Origin: Chiloscyllium plagiosum
Lineage: Eukaryota
Direction of reading: 5' to 3'
NCBI RefSeq assembly: GCF_004010195.1
Contig: NC_057719.1
Location: 93,077,946 to 93,141,945 of the forward strand
DNA length: 64,000 nt
Under the pieces are notes generated by a model. The model was not told the DNA's origin. It worked only from the letters and a program-made list of their open reading frames with translations, and ran no database searches. Shown here piece by piece: positions 51,331 through 64,000 of this stretch (position 1 is its first letter; each line of letters begins with the position of its first letter). A program made the translations under genes and the position numbers.

Positions 51331-51916
51331 CTCTGTTGTATTAATCGCCTGGAAAGTCAAAACAAAGAAATGAAAACTGGCAGACGACCTGGCATCGAAC
51401 TGGAACTGGAGATGACAACGGCAAAAACACAAACAGCCCTGTAGACAATGCAAAGTCCTCCTTACCAGCGTCTGGGGGCATGTGCCGAAATTGGGAGAGC
51501 TGTCTCACTGACTTGTGAATCAATAGCCTGATATCGTCATCCTTACGGTATCATACCATAATGATAACACACCAGACACCGCCATTACCATCCCTGAGTA
51601 CATTCTATCCCACCGGGAGGGCAGACGCACAGGTGTGGCGGCATTGTGGGTTACTGTCAGGAGAGACTGACTCTGGGAGTCCTTGACATCAACTCAGCAC
51701 CCTGTGAATTCTCATGGTTTCATGGCAAACATGGGGAGGAAACCACTAACTGGTTACCACTTACTGTCCTTTCGGCTGATGAATCAATACTCCACCATGT
51801 TGAACAACACTTGGGGGAAGTACTGAGTTTATCAAGGGCGCAAAAAGAATGGCTCAGCTGGAGCATTACTAATCGAGCTAGTCTGATCCCAAAGGATATA
51901 ACTGCTAGACTGTGTC

Positions 51917-52222
51917 GGCGGCACGGTGGTTAGCACTGTTGCCTCACAGCGCCAGAGACCTGGGTTCAATTCCCGCCTCAGGCGACCGACTGTGTGGAGT
52001 TTGCACGTTCTCCCCGTGTCTGCGTAGGTTTCCTCCGGGTGCTCCAGTTTCCTCCCACAGTCTAAAGATGTGCAGGTCAGGTGAATTGGCCACGCTAAAT
52101 TGCCCCTAGTGTTAGGTAAGAGGTAAATGTAGGGGTATGGGTGTGTTGCGCTTCGGTGTGGACTTGTTGGGCTGAAGGGCCTGTTTCCACACTGTAATGT
52201 AATGTAATCTAATCTAATCTAA
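51917..52222 (+). mobile_element. HE1-type V-SINE
   Basis: tRNA head, V-domain, and (TAATG/TAATC)n tail. Confidence 0.9.
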
Positions 52223-52879
52223 TGCGTCTGCGGTAGATGGTGAAGGAACCGAAAAGATTAAACAAAAGTACCTGAACTAACCCTTACAAAACTGCCAGGC
52301 TGCAAATGTATCTATCCAAGACAGTGTCGGTAAGAGTAACCACCACACAGTCTTTGTGGAGATGACGTCTCGCATTTGCACTTAGAATACACTCTAACTT
52401 GTTGTGTGACACTATCACCATGCTAAATTGGACAGACTTCGAACCGATCTAGCAGGTCATGTCTGGGCATCAATGAGGCACTGAAACCATCAACAACAGC
52501 AGAAATGTATGCCGGCTCCATCTGTAAACTCATAACCTGGCTTGTCCCCCACTCAAGCATTACAATCAAGCCAGGGGCTCAATCCTGGTTCAATGGAGAG
52601 TCAGAAGAACATGCCAGGAACAGCACCAGGCATAGATTAAGATGTGGTGTCAACCTGGTAAAGCCAGCAAAAAGCACCCTTGCATGCCAAACAGCACAAG
52701 CAGCAAATAATAGATCGTGCTAAGTGATGCAGCGACCGGCAGGTCAGACGTAAGCTCTGCATTCGTGCCACATCAAGTCGCGAATGTTGGTCGATAATTG
52801 AATAACTCACAGGAAAAGGAGGCTCCACAAACATTTCTATCATTGCAAATCAATACAAAAAATAAAGCTGAAGCTTTCT

Positions 52880-55592
52880 GCAAGCTAAATATCCAAGGAT
52901 ATACACCCAAGTGAAAGGACAAGCAGGTGGGCAGAGTGGATGGGATTGCCTGATTAGTAAGAAATGAAATTTAATCAATAGCAATAAACAACATTGATCA
53001 GATAATATACAATCGATGTGGGAGAGTTGATGAATCGCAAAGGTTAAAACAAAATGAGTTATCTGCAGACCTCCAAATAATAGTCAGGTTTTGGGGCAGA
53101 ATGTACATGATGAGATAGGGAAAGCATGTAAGAAAGGCACAGATGGAGTGATGGAGGAAGTGGTTTTCAATACGAAGGGGACTCAGAAAATCAGGTTGAT
53201 AGTGGATTGCAAGAAAATGAACTTGTGTTATTTCTACGATTTGGCTTTTTGGATCAACTTGTGGTGGTTCCCACAAGGGAACAGGCAATGTTGGATTTAG
53301 TGTTGTGCAATGAGGCAGCCTTGATAAGGGAGCTTAAGTTGAAGCTACTACTAGGAGGCAGTGACCATAATATGATAGAATTTACTCTGACTTTGATAGA
53401 GAAAAAGTGGAATTACTTGTAACTGCAATACAGCTGAATAAATGCAACTACAGAGATGTGGGAGTTGAGATGGCCAGAATTGATTGGTAGAGGAGCCTAG
53501 CAAGAAGGACAGTGGAACATTGATGGCGTGGGTTTCTGGGAGTAAGCCAGGTGACACTGCAAAAATGCATCTCGAGGAAAAATACATACTAAAGGGAGAA
53601 TGAGGCAACCATGTCTGACCATGGAAGTCAGGGAATATAACAACAGAGAAAGCACGTCATGTGGCAAAGGGCAGTAGAAAACCAGAGGATTTGGAAGAAT
53701 GTAAAGACCAATGGAGGACAATGAAAAACAAAATAAGGACGGAGAAAATTAAGTATGACGGAGCTCTCGTCAGTAATATTTAAAAAAAAAAATTGCAAGA
53801 TTTTTTTTCAGCTATTTAATGTTGAAAGAAAGGTGAAAGTGGACATTCGTACGCTGGAAGATGAGGCTGGAGTAGTAATGGGGAACAAAGAAATTGTTGA
53901 GGAACTGAATAAGCATTTTGTATAATTCTATACTTTGGAAGACACGAGTAATATCCCAAAACTTCAAAAAAGCATGGGGGACAGAGATGAGTGTGGTGGC
54001 CATCAAGGATGAAGTGCTAGAAAACTGAAAAATCTGAAAATGGATCAATCACCTGAACCAGCTGCACTACAGCCCAGATTCTGAAGGCAATATTTGAAGA
54101 CGTTGTAGAGGCTACAGTAGTGACCTATCAGGTAGTACTGGAGTTAGGGAGCATCTCAGATGACAGGAAAAGTTGTTAAAATAACACCTCTCCTCCCCCC
54201 CCCCCATCTAGGAAGGGAGCATGGCAAAAGATAGGAAGTTACAGCGTGATAAGCCTGAACTTTGCGGTTGGTAAGATTTTGTAGTTAATTGCGAAGGATG
54301 AGATTTCTGAATACTTGGAAGGGCTTGTATAATTAGTCAAAGTCAGCATGGAATCATCAAGGAAAAGTCATACCTCAGAAATGAGTTAGAATTTCTTGAG
54401 GATAAAACAAGCGCGTTAGACCATGGAGATCTAATGGACCTGCAGCAGGCCTTTGATAAGGTGCAACACAGGAGGCTATTAAATCGAATAAGAGCCCATT
54501 GTGTTAGAAGCAGGTTACTAGCATGGACAGAAGCTTGGATGTCTGGCACAAGACAAACGCTGGTAGAAAAAGGTTCCGTCTCAGGATGGTAGCTGGTGAC
54601 AAGTGGTGTTTCAAAAGAATCAGTATTGAGACTTCAAGTTTTCACTTTATACATTGACAATCCAGATGAACGAACTGAGGGCATTTTGGCTCAGTTTGCA
54701 GACGATACAAAAATAGGTTGATTAGCAGGTAGTATTATGGAGGCGGAAGGCTGCAGGAAGACTGAGACATGTGAATTGCAACATGAGAAAGTGAGACGTC
54801 ATGCACTTTTCTGGAAAGAATAGAGACAGGGACTATTTTCTAGATGGGGAGAAAATACATAAATCTGGTGAAAATGTGCATGGGAATCCTAGTCATGGTT
54901 TGTCTTAAGGTAAACTAACAGATGGATTGAATAGTTATGTAGGTAAATGCAATGTTGTCACTTTTCTCGACCAGCTTAAAATATAAAACCGGGGATTACT
55001 TCTGAAGATTTACAAATCTCTGGTGAGACCACATTTAGTGTATTGAGAGCAATTCTGAGCCTCGTATCTCAGGAAGGAAGCATTGGCCCTGGAGCAGGTG
55101 AAGAGGAGATTCAAAAGAATGATCCAAGGAATGAAAAGCTTAACATATGAGGAACGTTAGTGGATTCTGACGCTATACCCGATGGTGTTTAGAAGAATTG
55201 TTCCCCTGGGGAGTGGGAAATCGGAATGAAACTTACAGAAAACTGAATTCTCTGGACAAAGTGGATATTGGGAGATGTTTCCTTTTGTAGGAGAAACTGG
55301 ACTCAAGGGCACGACCTAAGAAGGGACAATTTTTAAGAATAGCGATAAGGAGATTTTCTTTTCTCAAACAGAGAGTGGTGACTCTGTGGAAATCATTCCC
55401 TCCGAAGGCTATTGAGGCCGGATTATTTAATATATTCAAAACACAGATAGATACGTTTTTTTTTGTCAAGGGCATCAATGGTAACAGGGAGAAAGCGGAA
55501 TACAAGATCAAAAAAACAACTAGACAGGCTTGAGTGGTTGAGTAAACTCGATGGTCTGAAGGACAGAATTTATACTCCCCTGTCCTATGGTC
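52880..55592 (+). mobile_element. Degraded CR1 ORF2 nested in the older LINE
   Basis: PTREQAMLDLVLCNE, GSDHNMIEF, AFDKV, QFADDTKIG, LWKSFP; ends in CTATGGTC tail. Confidence 0.85.
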
Positions 55593-58500
55593 TTTCACAG
55601 CAATCTTCAGCCAGAATTGTCGAGTGGATGATCCATCTCGGGCTCCTCCAGTAGTCCCCATCATTACAGACGCAAGGTTCAGCCAATTCAATTCACTCCA
55701 CGTGATATCAAGAACGGCTGGGGGCACTGGATGTTGAAAAGACAATGGGCACTGATAACATTCTGGCAATAGTGATGAAGGCGTGTGCTGCAGAACATTT
55801 TGCTCCCCTAGCCAAACTATTCTATTACACTAAAAACACTGATGCCTGCCCCATAATGTGGAAAACTGCCAAGGTATGGCCTGTACAGAAAAAGAAATGA
55901 ATCAGGCCAAATCCTACTTGATTATCAATAAAGTGATGGAAGGGTAATCAACAGTGCTATAAAGCAGCGCCTGCTTACTGACGCCCACTATGGGTTGCAC
56001 CAGGGTTACCCACTCCTGATCTCATTACAGTCTATGTTAAAACATGGTCAGAACAACTGAATTCCAGATGTGAGTTGAGAGTGGCAGCCCTTGACATCGA
56101 GGATGCATTCAGTGGACTGTGGCATTAAGGATTCCTGGCAAAAGTGTAATCAATGGGTATCAAGGTTGCAAACACTCCGCTGTTTAGAGCCATACCTGGC
56201 TCAAATGAAGATGGTTGCGGTTGTAAAGGGTGAGCCATCTCAGCTTCAGGCATTACTGCCGGAGTTCCTCAGGGTACTGTCCTTGACCAAATCATGTACA
56301 GCTGTTTGAATGATCTTCTCTCTATCATAAGGTCTGAAGTGAAGATGTACGCCAATAATTGCACAATGTTCAGCAGCATTCGTGATTCCTCAGATACTGA
56401 AGCAGTCCAAGACCAAGTACAAAAATATCTGAGCAATATCCAGGCGTGGGTTGACATGGAACATGTAACGTTCATGCCATACAAATTCAGGTTATGTCCA
56501 GCACAGATTAGAAGTAGTCTAACCAATAACTCTTGACATTCAGTGGTGCTATCATCACTGTATCCTACGCTAACGACATCCTGGAGCTTATCATTGACGA
56601 GAAAGTGAATTGAACTCACCACATAAACACAGTGGCTACAAGAGGAACACACTTCCTGACACTTGAAATCCTGCCTAGCATCTACAAGGCACAAGTCAGG
56701 ATATGGTGGAATACTCCCCACTTTCCTGGGCGAGTGCAATTCTAACAACATTCGAGAAACTTAATACCATCCTGAAAAAAAAACGGCTGCTTGATTGGCA
56801 CTGCATCCAGAAGCATCCACTCGCTCCATGACTGGTTCTCAGTAGCAAGGGTGTATACGATCCACAAGATGCCCTGCAGAAATTCACCAACAGTCTTCAG
56901 ACAGCACCTTCCAAACCCACGACCACTTTCATCTAGAAGGACAAGAGCAGCAGATTTCTGGGAAGACCCCTACTATTAAGTTCCCCTCCAAGCCACTCAA
57001 CAATCTGACTTGAAAATATATCGCCGTTCCTTCATTGTTACTGGGGCATATTCCTGGAATTCACTCCCTAATTGCATTGTGGGTCAACGCACAGTAGGTG
57101 GAAATAGCGATTCAAGAAGACAGCTCACCACCACCTTCTCAAGGACAACTAGGGATGGGCATCAAATACTAGCCCAGCCAGTAGCACCCACATCCCACAA
57201 AATTTATATTAAAAATATGTCTGCAAGCTTCCAACTCTCCTAGCTGCCGTATCTGGCTCTTGTTATTGACAAAAATAAAAGAATCTCACTTTCTCTTTGC
57301 CTTGCTCGCCTTTCTCATCAAAGCCCACTATTCAACCCACATCTCACTGATACCAGCCATCAGCGCTTCCACCACACAACATTCCCTCTTAATATATTTC
57401 GACTGTAATTTATATTAACGGTTTACTTCAATTCAAACGCAATCACTACAAACATAGAAGTATCTGCAGACGAAATCAAATTTTCTAACAGCTCTTTGCA
57501 ATCTCTCCCTCATTCTTTTTGATGAATAGAGAGAGGCATGGAAGCACCACAACAAAGTAATTTATGTGTAATAAAGTAAGGCCGATAAGCTCGTGCGACT
57601 CATTTTAACTCTTAGACACCATACAGTGAAGTAACATATTCATTGCATAATAAAGGTAACACGACATTTCAACACCAATCACCGCCAGCGTGACAAAAAT
57701 AAAATATTAGTTAGTAGGAGAGGTTGGGTTTGTTTCAGCTCGAGTTTGTGATACCGACGGGTTATATGAATGAAGTGTCTAAATTCCGAATCATTTGATT
57801 CGGTGGTTGTGGAAAGAATGTTTCCTCTTGTGTGTCATCCCTGAAATAGAGGGAACTATTTTGAAGTTGGTTTCACCCTTTCAGGACAGAGACGAGGAAA
57901 TTTATTTACTCTCAGAAGAGTGTGAACTCTGGAACTCTCTGCCACAGAAGTTGGGTTCATTGAATATATTAAGACCCTGTAATGGTTCAGGAGTCCCATG
58001 TAGGCCAGACCAGGTGAAGGCAGCGGTTTCCTTGACGAACGAATGTCAGTGAACCATATGGGCTTTCCCTGACAGTCGATAACAGTTTCACTGCCATCAA
58101 TAGTCTCATGATTCTATTTTCTTTTTGTTGAAATCAAATTCCCAACCTGCCGTGCTGTGAATCGAATCAGGACCCCCAGTATATTACCTGGATGTCTGGA
58201 TAAACAACTCAGCATTAATACCACGAGACTGTAATCTATCTACAAATGGAGAATTTTAAGGGTAGAAAACAAAACCTTAATCAAAGAACTAGATTTGAAG
58301 GAGAGCTGAAAGAACGGAGTAGAATGGAACAGAATGAGGGAAGAGAATTAAGAAGCATAAGCTCAAGGCAACTGAAGCTAAAGCTACCAACAGGGAGGAG
58401 ACTAAATCGAGAAACGCTCAGCAAGCTAGATTTGGCTCAGGGAGGTATGGAACTGCAGTGGTAGGATTGGGTGAGGTCACTGGTAGATTTAAAAGCAGTG

Positions 58501-59949
58501 AATCATATTTTGAAATTATGTTTCTGAACATAATGTCGAGCTGGCTAAAACTAAGGTGGGTGTCTTACGGGACTTGCTGTGAGGACGCCAACATGTAGCT
58601 GAGATGATCAAGGAGGGAAACTTTGGGAAACAAGCTGGGACTGTATCCAAATAGTCACGGATTGAGGGAAGAAATCCTGCATACAGGGTTTCAGCAGCTG
58701 ATGGACTGAGGCTGAGATGAGCCAGTAGAAACCGAGCAAGTGACCATCAACTAATAGGACAGATAAACTGATCCATCAGCCTAAAACTGACAGGCCACGT
58801 GGCTATTGGTGAATCCACACAAATGAATGCAAACATTGCTCAGAGCCTGTTCCTGTAACAATTGACATAACGATAAAATGAAAAGTGAACAATTAGTGGA
58901 AACAGGCCACTGCTTTGTTAGAGTCAAACTCATTCAATGTACAGCTACTGAACATTATTGATTCACAGAAGATGCTCATCTGCAGAAAGTAATCTCGTAG
59001 AACCAAATTAAAAGGAGAAAATAAACATCATTCTTGGCGGGCACAAAATGAAACAACTCATGGTGTGTACTGGAAAGCATTCTCAGTGTTATCTACCACT
59101 TATTTCCTTCGAAGTGAATATCTGGTTCCCCTAAGAAAATCATGGCTGTCACTCACTGTCCGCCTGATTTGCAGACAAAGGAAACCTGATCGGGGAATCA
59201 GCGATAGTCCATTGCACACAACAAAAGTTAAGACACAACAGATTCAAGTGAAATAAACAATGTAATGAAAGGGAAAATTAGTCTTTATAATTATGGAGCC
59301 TCTCTCAATCAAATGCTCACGGTGAACTTCTATTTCTTTTAATTTTTAATACCAATGTACACATATTCATTTCCTTTCCTAAATTACCCCAAAATGCATG
59401 CTGATTATTCTCTTGAAGATATATTTTAAATATTTAATTCATAATCACAATTCATTTGAAATTAAATTGTTCTTCGTATAGAACAACTTGCAAACTGGAA
59501 TATTTTTATGTTAATACTGACATTATATATCAAATAATTTCCAGTTCAATCATGTGTCCAAATATTGCATTGGTTCATTGTTAAGTAAAGCTAAAAGCAA
59601 AGTTTAGTTTTTGTCTGATACTCTTCTATTACTTTATTTCCTAATTACAATGCATGTCATAATAGTTTACAAGAATTAAATAAAATTGAATTTTCAATGC
59701 AAAAACTGGTACAACTAATCACAGATTATTCATTTCATTCATTGTCCTTGATTCCCAGGGCTATTTTCCGTGTATGATGATTTTGATTTCACTTAAATAA
59801 TCACAGTACAATTGTCACCTATACAGATACGTAAAGTGGATGTCAAAATATTATTACTTCAAGTAAAAAGAAATTCACATTTTGTTCAGTTCTATTCTAT
59901 AAATGACGAAATATGTGACATTATTCTAAGAAACAGGAACAAGTGAAGG

Positions 59950-62900
59950 TGGTGGCTCTCAGATCTGAGGCCTGAAAGCCAACGAGTCAGAGAGTAGTTA
60001 CAGTGGGGGAGATACCTAGTGACCCACTCGATTACTGAAACAGGTGACGAAGTGCCCACGTAAGGACAGAGCGACGGCAATGAGTGGGATGACCCATTGT
60101 CCTGTAAGGCACAGAAGGCAATATCTTTGGCACCGCAGGGCATCAAATCTCAAAATTGGACAGACAGTAGGGAACTGTCAGAACCGAAACCTGAACCGTT
60201 TTTCTGACTGACCGTCGGATGTCGGTGAATGAACACCCAGCCTTCGAGAGAAATGGCAATAATGGGCCTGATTGTGAGAAAATGGATGAATTAGTTGAGG
60301 TGCACAAACTCACTGATGATGATGTACTTTTCCTCACTCAGGCCAAGATTCCCTGAAGTGTAGAACAGAACCGATTGCTGCAATGAGAGGGTGAGGGTGT
60401 GAGCTGGTTTCTCCTATTGCACATCTGGTCAATGTCTCCAGGCATTTCCAAATATTGCAGGGATACACTGGGGAGGGGACAGGCTGAATGGTCTAAAATA
60501 ACCTTGGTGACTCAGTGACACAAGGGTAACATAGAGGATCATGCGGAGAGGAAGCCTCCGGACCACAGGGGATTATCAAACACCAATCTGCGAAAGTGAA
60601 ATTAGTTTCATGCATTTAAACTGTATGGGACTCCATTTAACTGTAAGTATAAACATAGGATTCCCACTGGGAGATATTTCCAACCAAATTCTGAATTGGG
60701 CCATGAGAGCTGAGGCAAACTCATAAACACAGGGGAGTAGATGTAGTACAGGGAGGGTAACCAAGCCTGCAATGTTACAAGTGAAACAGGAAAGGGCACA
60801 TGGCAAAGGAATGTAGGCAGAGAGAGGGAAATAGATGTTCACAATTTGTGCTCCTGAACTCTCGTGTGCATATGCATAGCACATGAATACTGATTGACAC
60901 GCTGTTTGGGGGCCAGCAGTGCACGTTCTTAATACAGTAGTATCTATATCATTATCGATATGGATTTAACCCTCACCTCCTCAACTACTAAAATGAGAGC
61001 AGTGAGGTGAACAGAAGAAGATGGATGAAGTGAACGCTTCCCTTAAAAGACCAGGAATATGAAATAATGTGGTCAGATCTGGATGTTTGAAACTGAGAAA
61101 AGGGCCGTTGTGGGAGTTGCCTTCCAGAAAAAACGAGGAGGAACTTTCAATGTAGAGACCTGAACTTGAACATGGTGCCAGGAGTGTGACAGGAAGAAAA
61201 TGAGAGGTGACATCTCCAGAGTAGCAACTTCGCAGGGGTATTGGGACAGTCTCGGAATCTGGGGCTTTGTAGCTAGGACCCACTCAGCAGTGTGGGTTAC
61301 TTAAACAGGAATGTGGGTTATTTCCTGTATACTCTGTAAAGATCGATGGCTCTTACGCCCCATACTATCAGGATACCATCAAAGCTAAGGCTGAGGAGGC
61401 AGTAGTTGTGATCGTAGCAGATTTATAGTAGCAGGGAATAGTCAGTATCCCAGACTAATTCACAGACGCTGGATAGCTCATCTCACCTCACCACTGACTC
61501 TACTCTCTGAATGAATCTATCACTAAAGAGAGTCCTACAATAGCGAACCCTGCCACTGTATTTAATGGATTGAAATCACAACAGGAGAAAGTCTCAGCCG
61601 TTTAAATTGTGAATGGATCCTGATCCATACCTGTAGATTTCCAGAATAAGCTGGCGGTTTTGGTCTGAGGAAAACAGTACTCCTGAATCCAGTTCCCTCA
61701 GGGATCCTGCAATAGTCCAGCCATAGAACATGAACATAGAACAATACAGCACAGAACCGGCCCTTCGGCCCACGATGTTGTGCCAAACATTTATCCTCGC
61801 TTAAGCACCCGTCCATGTACCTATCCAATTGCCGCTTAAAGGTCACCAATGATTCTGACTTTGCCACTCCCACAGTCAGTGCATTCCATGCCCCCACCAC
61901 TCTCTGGGTAAAGTACCTACCTCTGAATCCCCCTTATACCTTCCACCCTTCACCTTAAATTTATGTCCCCTTGTAACACTGTTGTACCCGGGGAAAAAGT
62001 TTCTGACTGGCTATCTATTCCTCTGATCATCTTATAAACCTCTATCAAGTCACCCCTCATCCTTTGCCGTTCCAATGAGAGAAGGTAAATCTTCTCTGCA
62101 CCCTCTCCAAAGCTTCCACAGCATTCCTAAAGTGAGGCGACCAGAACTGCACACAGTACTCCAAATGTGGCCTAACCAAGGTCCTGTACAACTGCAACAT
62201 CACTTCACGACTCTTGAATTCAATCCCTCTGCTAATGAACGCTAATATACCATAGACCTGCTTACAAGCTCTATCCACCCGAGTGGCAACTTTCAAAGAT
62301 CTATGCACATAGACCCCAAGATCCCTCTGCTCCTCCACATTACTAAGAACCCTACCATATTCCCACCGATGTATGGATGATAGAGTTAGTTAAATTGACA
62401 AGAACCTCAGTCAGTGAGAAAGAACGTACCCACATATTAAACATAGTATTTGGTCAGGTCAAGCAGGCCGGACTTAAAATTAACCCACAGAGAGTGCAAC
62501 TGGGAAGCTAGAGAGAAACATTACACGGACATCAATTGGGAAGATCGAGTCAGGAAGGGAGAGGGGACAGTCCTAGCAGATTGAAAGACCATCATTTTCA
62601 AACTATTCAACCGCACACCGTGAAGGGACAAACTTCAGGATTGTTTAATTTCAGTAAGAATTTAATGGATAATTATCCAGGAATGGCAGGACTATTAAAA
62701 ACCCTGACAGAAGGACTGTCATTAGCCAGTGATCAGTGAGCAAAAATATGCACAAACAGTCGGTAAGACTTTGGATTACTTCATGACCATATATTGGACT
62801 GGGCCTTGTGAGGGTACATCACATTGTCTGCAGGCCACAGAGGACATGAAGAACAGTTTAGAGAATTCGTGGAAACAGCTAACCTTCCCAGTGAAGCAGG

Positions 62901-64000
62901 AATGATGAAGACAAAAGCTCACATGAAGGTAGAAATCCCACACCAACGGGGCAGTCAATACGTTGTAAGGCAGTTAAAATACTTCCTGAAACAAAGCAGA
63001 CATTTGAGGAAGTGGCAGCGACAGTAGCCATAGAAGCGAGAAAGGAAAATTTGAAGACATTATCAGAAATAACCACACAACAGCAGAAAACGAAATGGGA
63101 AAAGGATGGAGCAATAATAGGACAAGACAGAGTCTGGATGAAACAACCGTGTCAGTATACGGTGTAAGGCAAACATTATTGAAAAAGTATCATGGTCTGG
63201 CCCGTATTGGGCAGGGTAAAATGCAATATCAGATGAGCCACAACATGAATGGCCGGAAAAGGGAGAGATACAGCATGTTTTTGTCAATGGTGTGTAGTCT
63301 GCGCATTGTCCAAACCAGGGATAACAATCAGGAAAAAATAGAGCCAGGAGCAGAGTCCAGGGTCCCATGGGAACAATTACGGATGGATTTTATGCTACCA
63401 ACCCCAAACACAATCACAGGGAAATAAATGTTACCGTGTCTTAAGCAAGTTTCTCACTGGGTGGAAGCAATCCCCTGTAGTTTCAGACCAAGGGACATAT
63501 GTTACAGAGAACGTAGTTAAACCAAAATCACATCTCCCAGAAATCAGGTACAGTAGAAGCAATGAAACGGACACTGAAAGTTAATCTGAGTAAGGCCCTG
63601 ACAGAGACAGGACAGGGATGAGTTACAATACTCCTTACCATCCTAATGAAAATGAGGTCAACGCCAGCAAAGGGAACGGAAATGTTCCCCTTTGAATTAG
63701 TGACCGGATAGATAATGCATCTGCCAGAGGGTGTGGTAGTCGGAGGATCGGAGATGTTCAATTGCAAGGATAGGGTATAACAATTTGTGAAAGGACTTGC
63801 AAAGCAGCTGCATGAGTTGAGGAGGAAAGTTGAGCACGGACAGAAAATTAGAGACAGTGAAAGGGAGCACAGCAACGTTTGATCTGACATCCCGAACTCA
63901 GGAGATCAGGTCAGTGGGAAAACATTACTAAGACTTGTGGGATTGTGACCATGATGAGCTGGACCCTAGCAGATAATTAGTATCGGGTAACACATGTGCT
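59950..64000 (+). mobile_element. Old, heavily mutated endogenous retrovirus (gag-pol), continuing beyond the window
   Basis: Gag knuckle CYK*NRKGHMAKEC (60773-60814); RT PTIANPAT, FPQGSCNSPA, AGLKINP; integrase PWEQLRMDFM, FSHWVEAIPC, SDQGT, SGTVEAMKRTLK, PFELVTG. Confidence 0.8.
61722..62355 (-). mobile_element. CR1 3' fragment inserted in the RT of the old ERV
   Basis: [27 protein letters not shown]; short CCATA duplication at the ends. Confidence 0.88.

Larger units (their letters stand above)
50810..57210 (+). mobile_element. Degraded L2/CR1-superfamily LINE hosting nested insertions
   Basis: APE remnants (PDIVIL), KAEAF|..IFSQNCRVDDPSR split by a nested CR1, MYANNCTMF (degenerate YADD), YSWNSLPN, and 3' tail AGGGATGGGCA..GCCCAGCCAG..CCCACATCCCA. 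Confidence 0.7.

Noticed and set aside
59120..59200. Possible Ig/TCR J segment with RSS on the minus strand
   Set aside because: No FGxG/WGxG motif, heptamer and nonamer are poor, and the spacing is not 12 or 23.

Overview
Repeat-dominated vertebrate genomic DNA, very likely from a shark or other cartilaginous fish (HE1/V-SINEs, abundant CR1 LINEs, Penelope-like elements). I could not support any host protein-coding gene. The main feature is a young class I (epsilon-like) endogenous retrovirus on the minus strand (3061-10109), inserted in a 36-bp satellite with a GGGG target-site duplication. It keeps an open capsid/nucleocapsid gag ORF, now started by an LTR-derived ATG, plus RT-RNaseH and env TM. 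It has lost R/U5/PBS/MA, protease, integrase and env SU. Between env and the 3' LTR lies a 1.7-kb segment with tandem splice-acceptor-like repeats and a candidate accessory ORF. Also present: a near full-length CR1, fold-back Neptune-type Penelope elements with minimal hammerhead ribozymes, Poseidon-type Penelope fragments, a Gmr1-like Gypsy element, a second much older ERV (about 59950-64000), Tx1-like fragments, SINEs and a second 36-bp satellite. Boundaries of degraded elements are approximate (read by eye).
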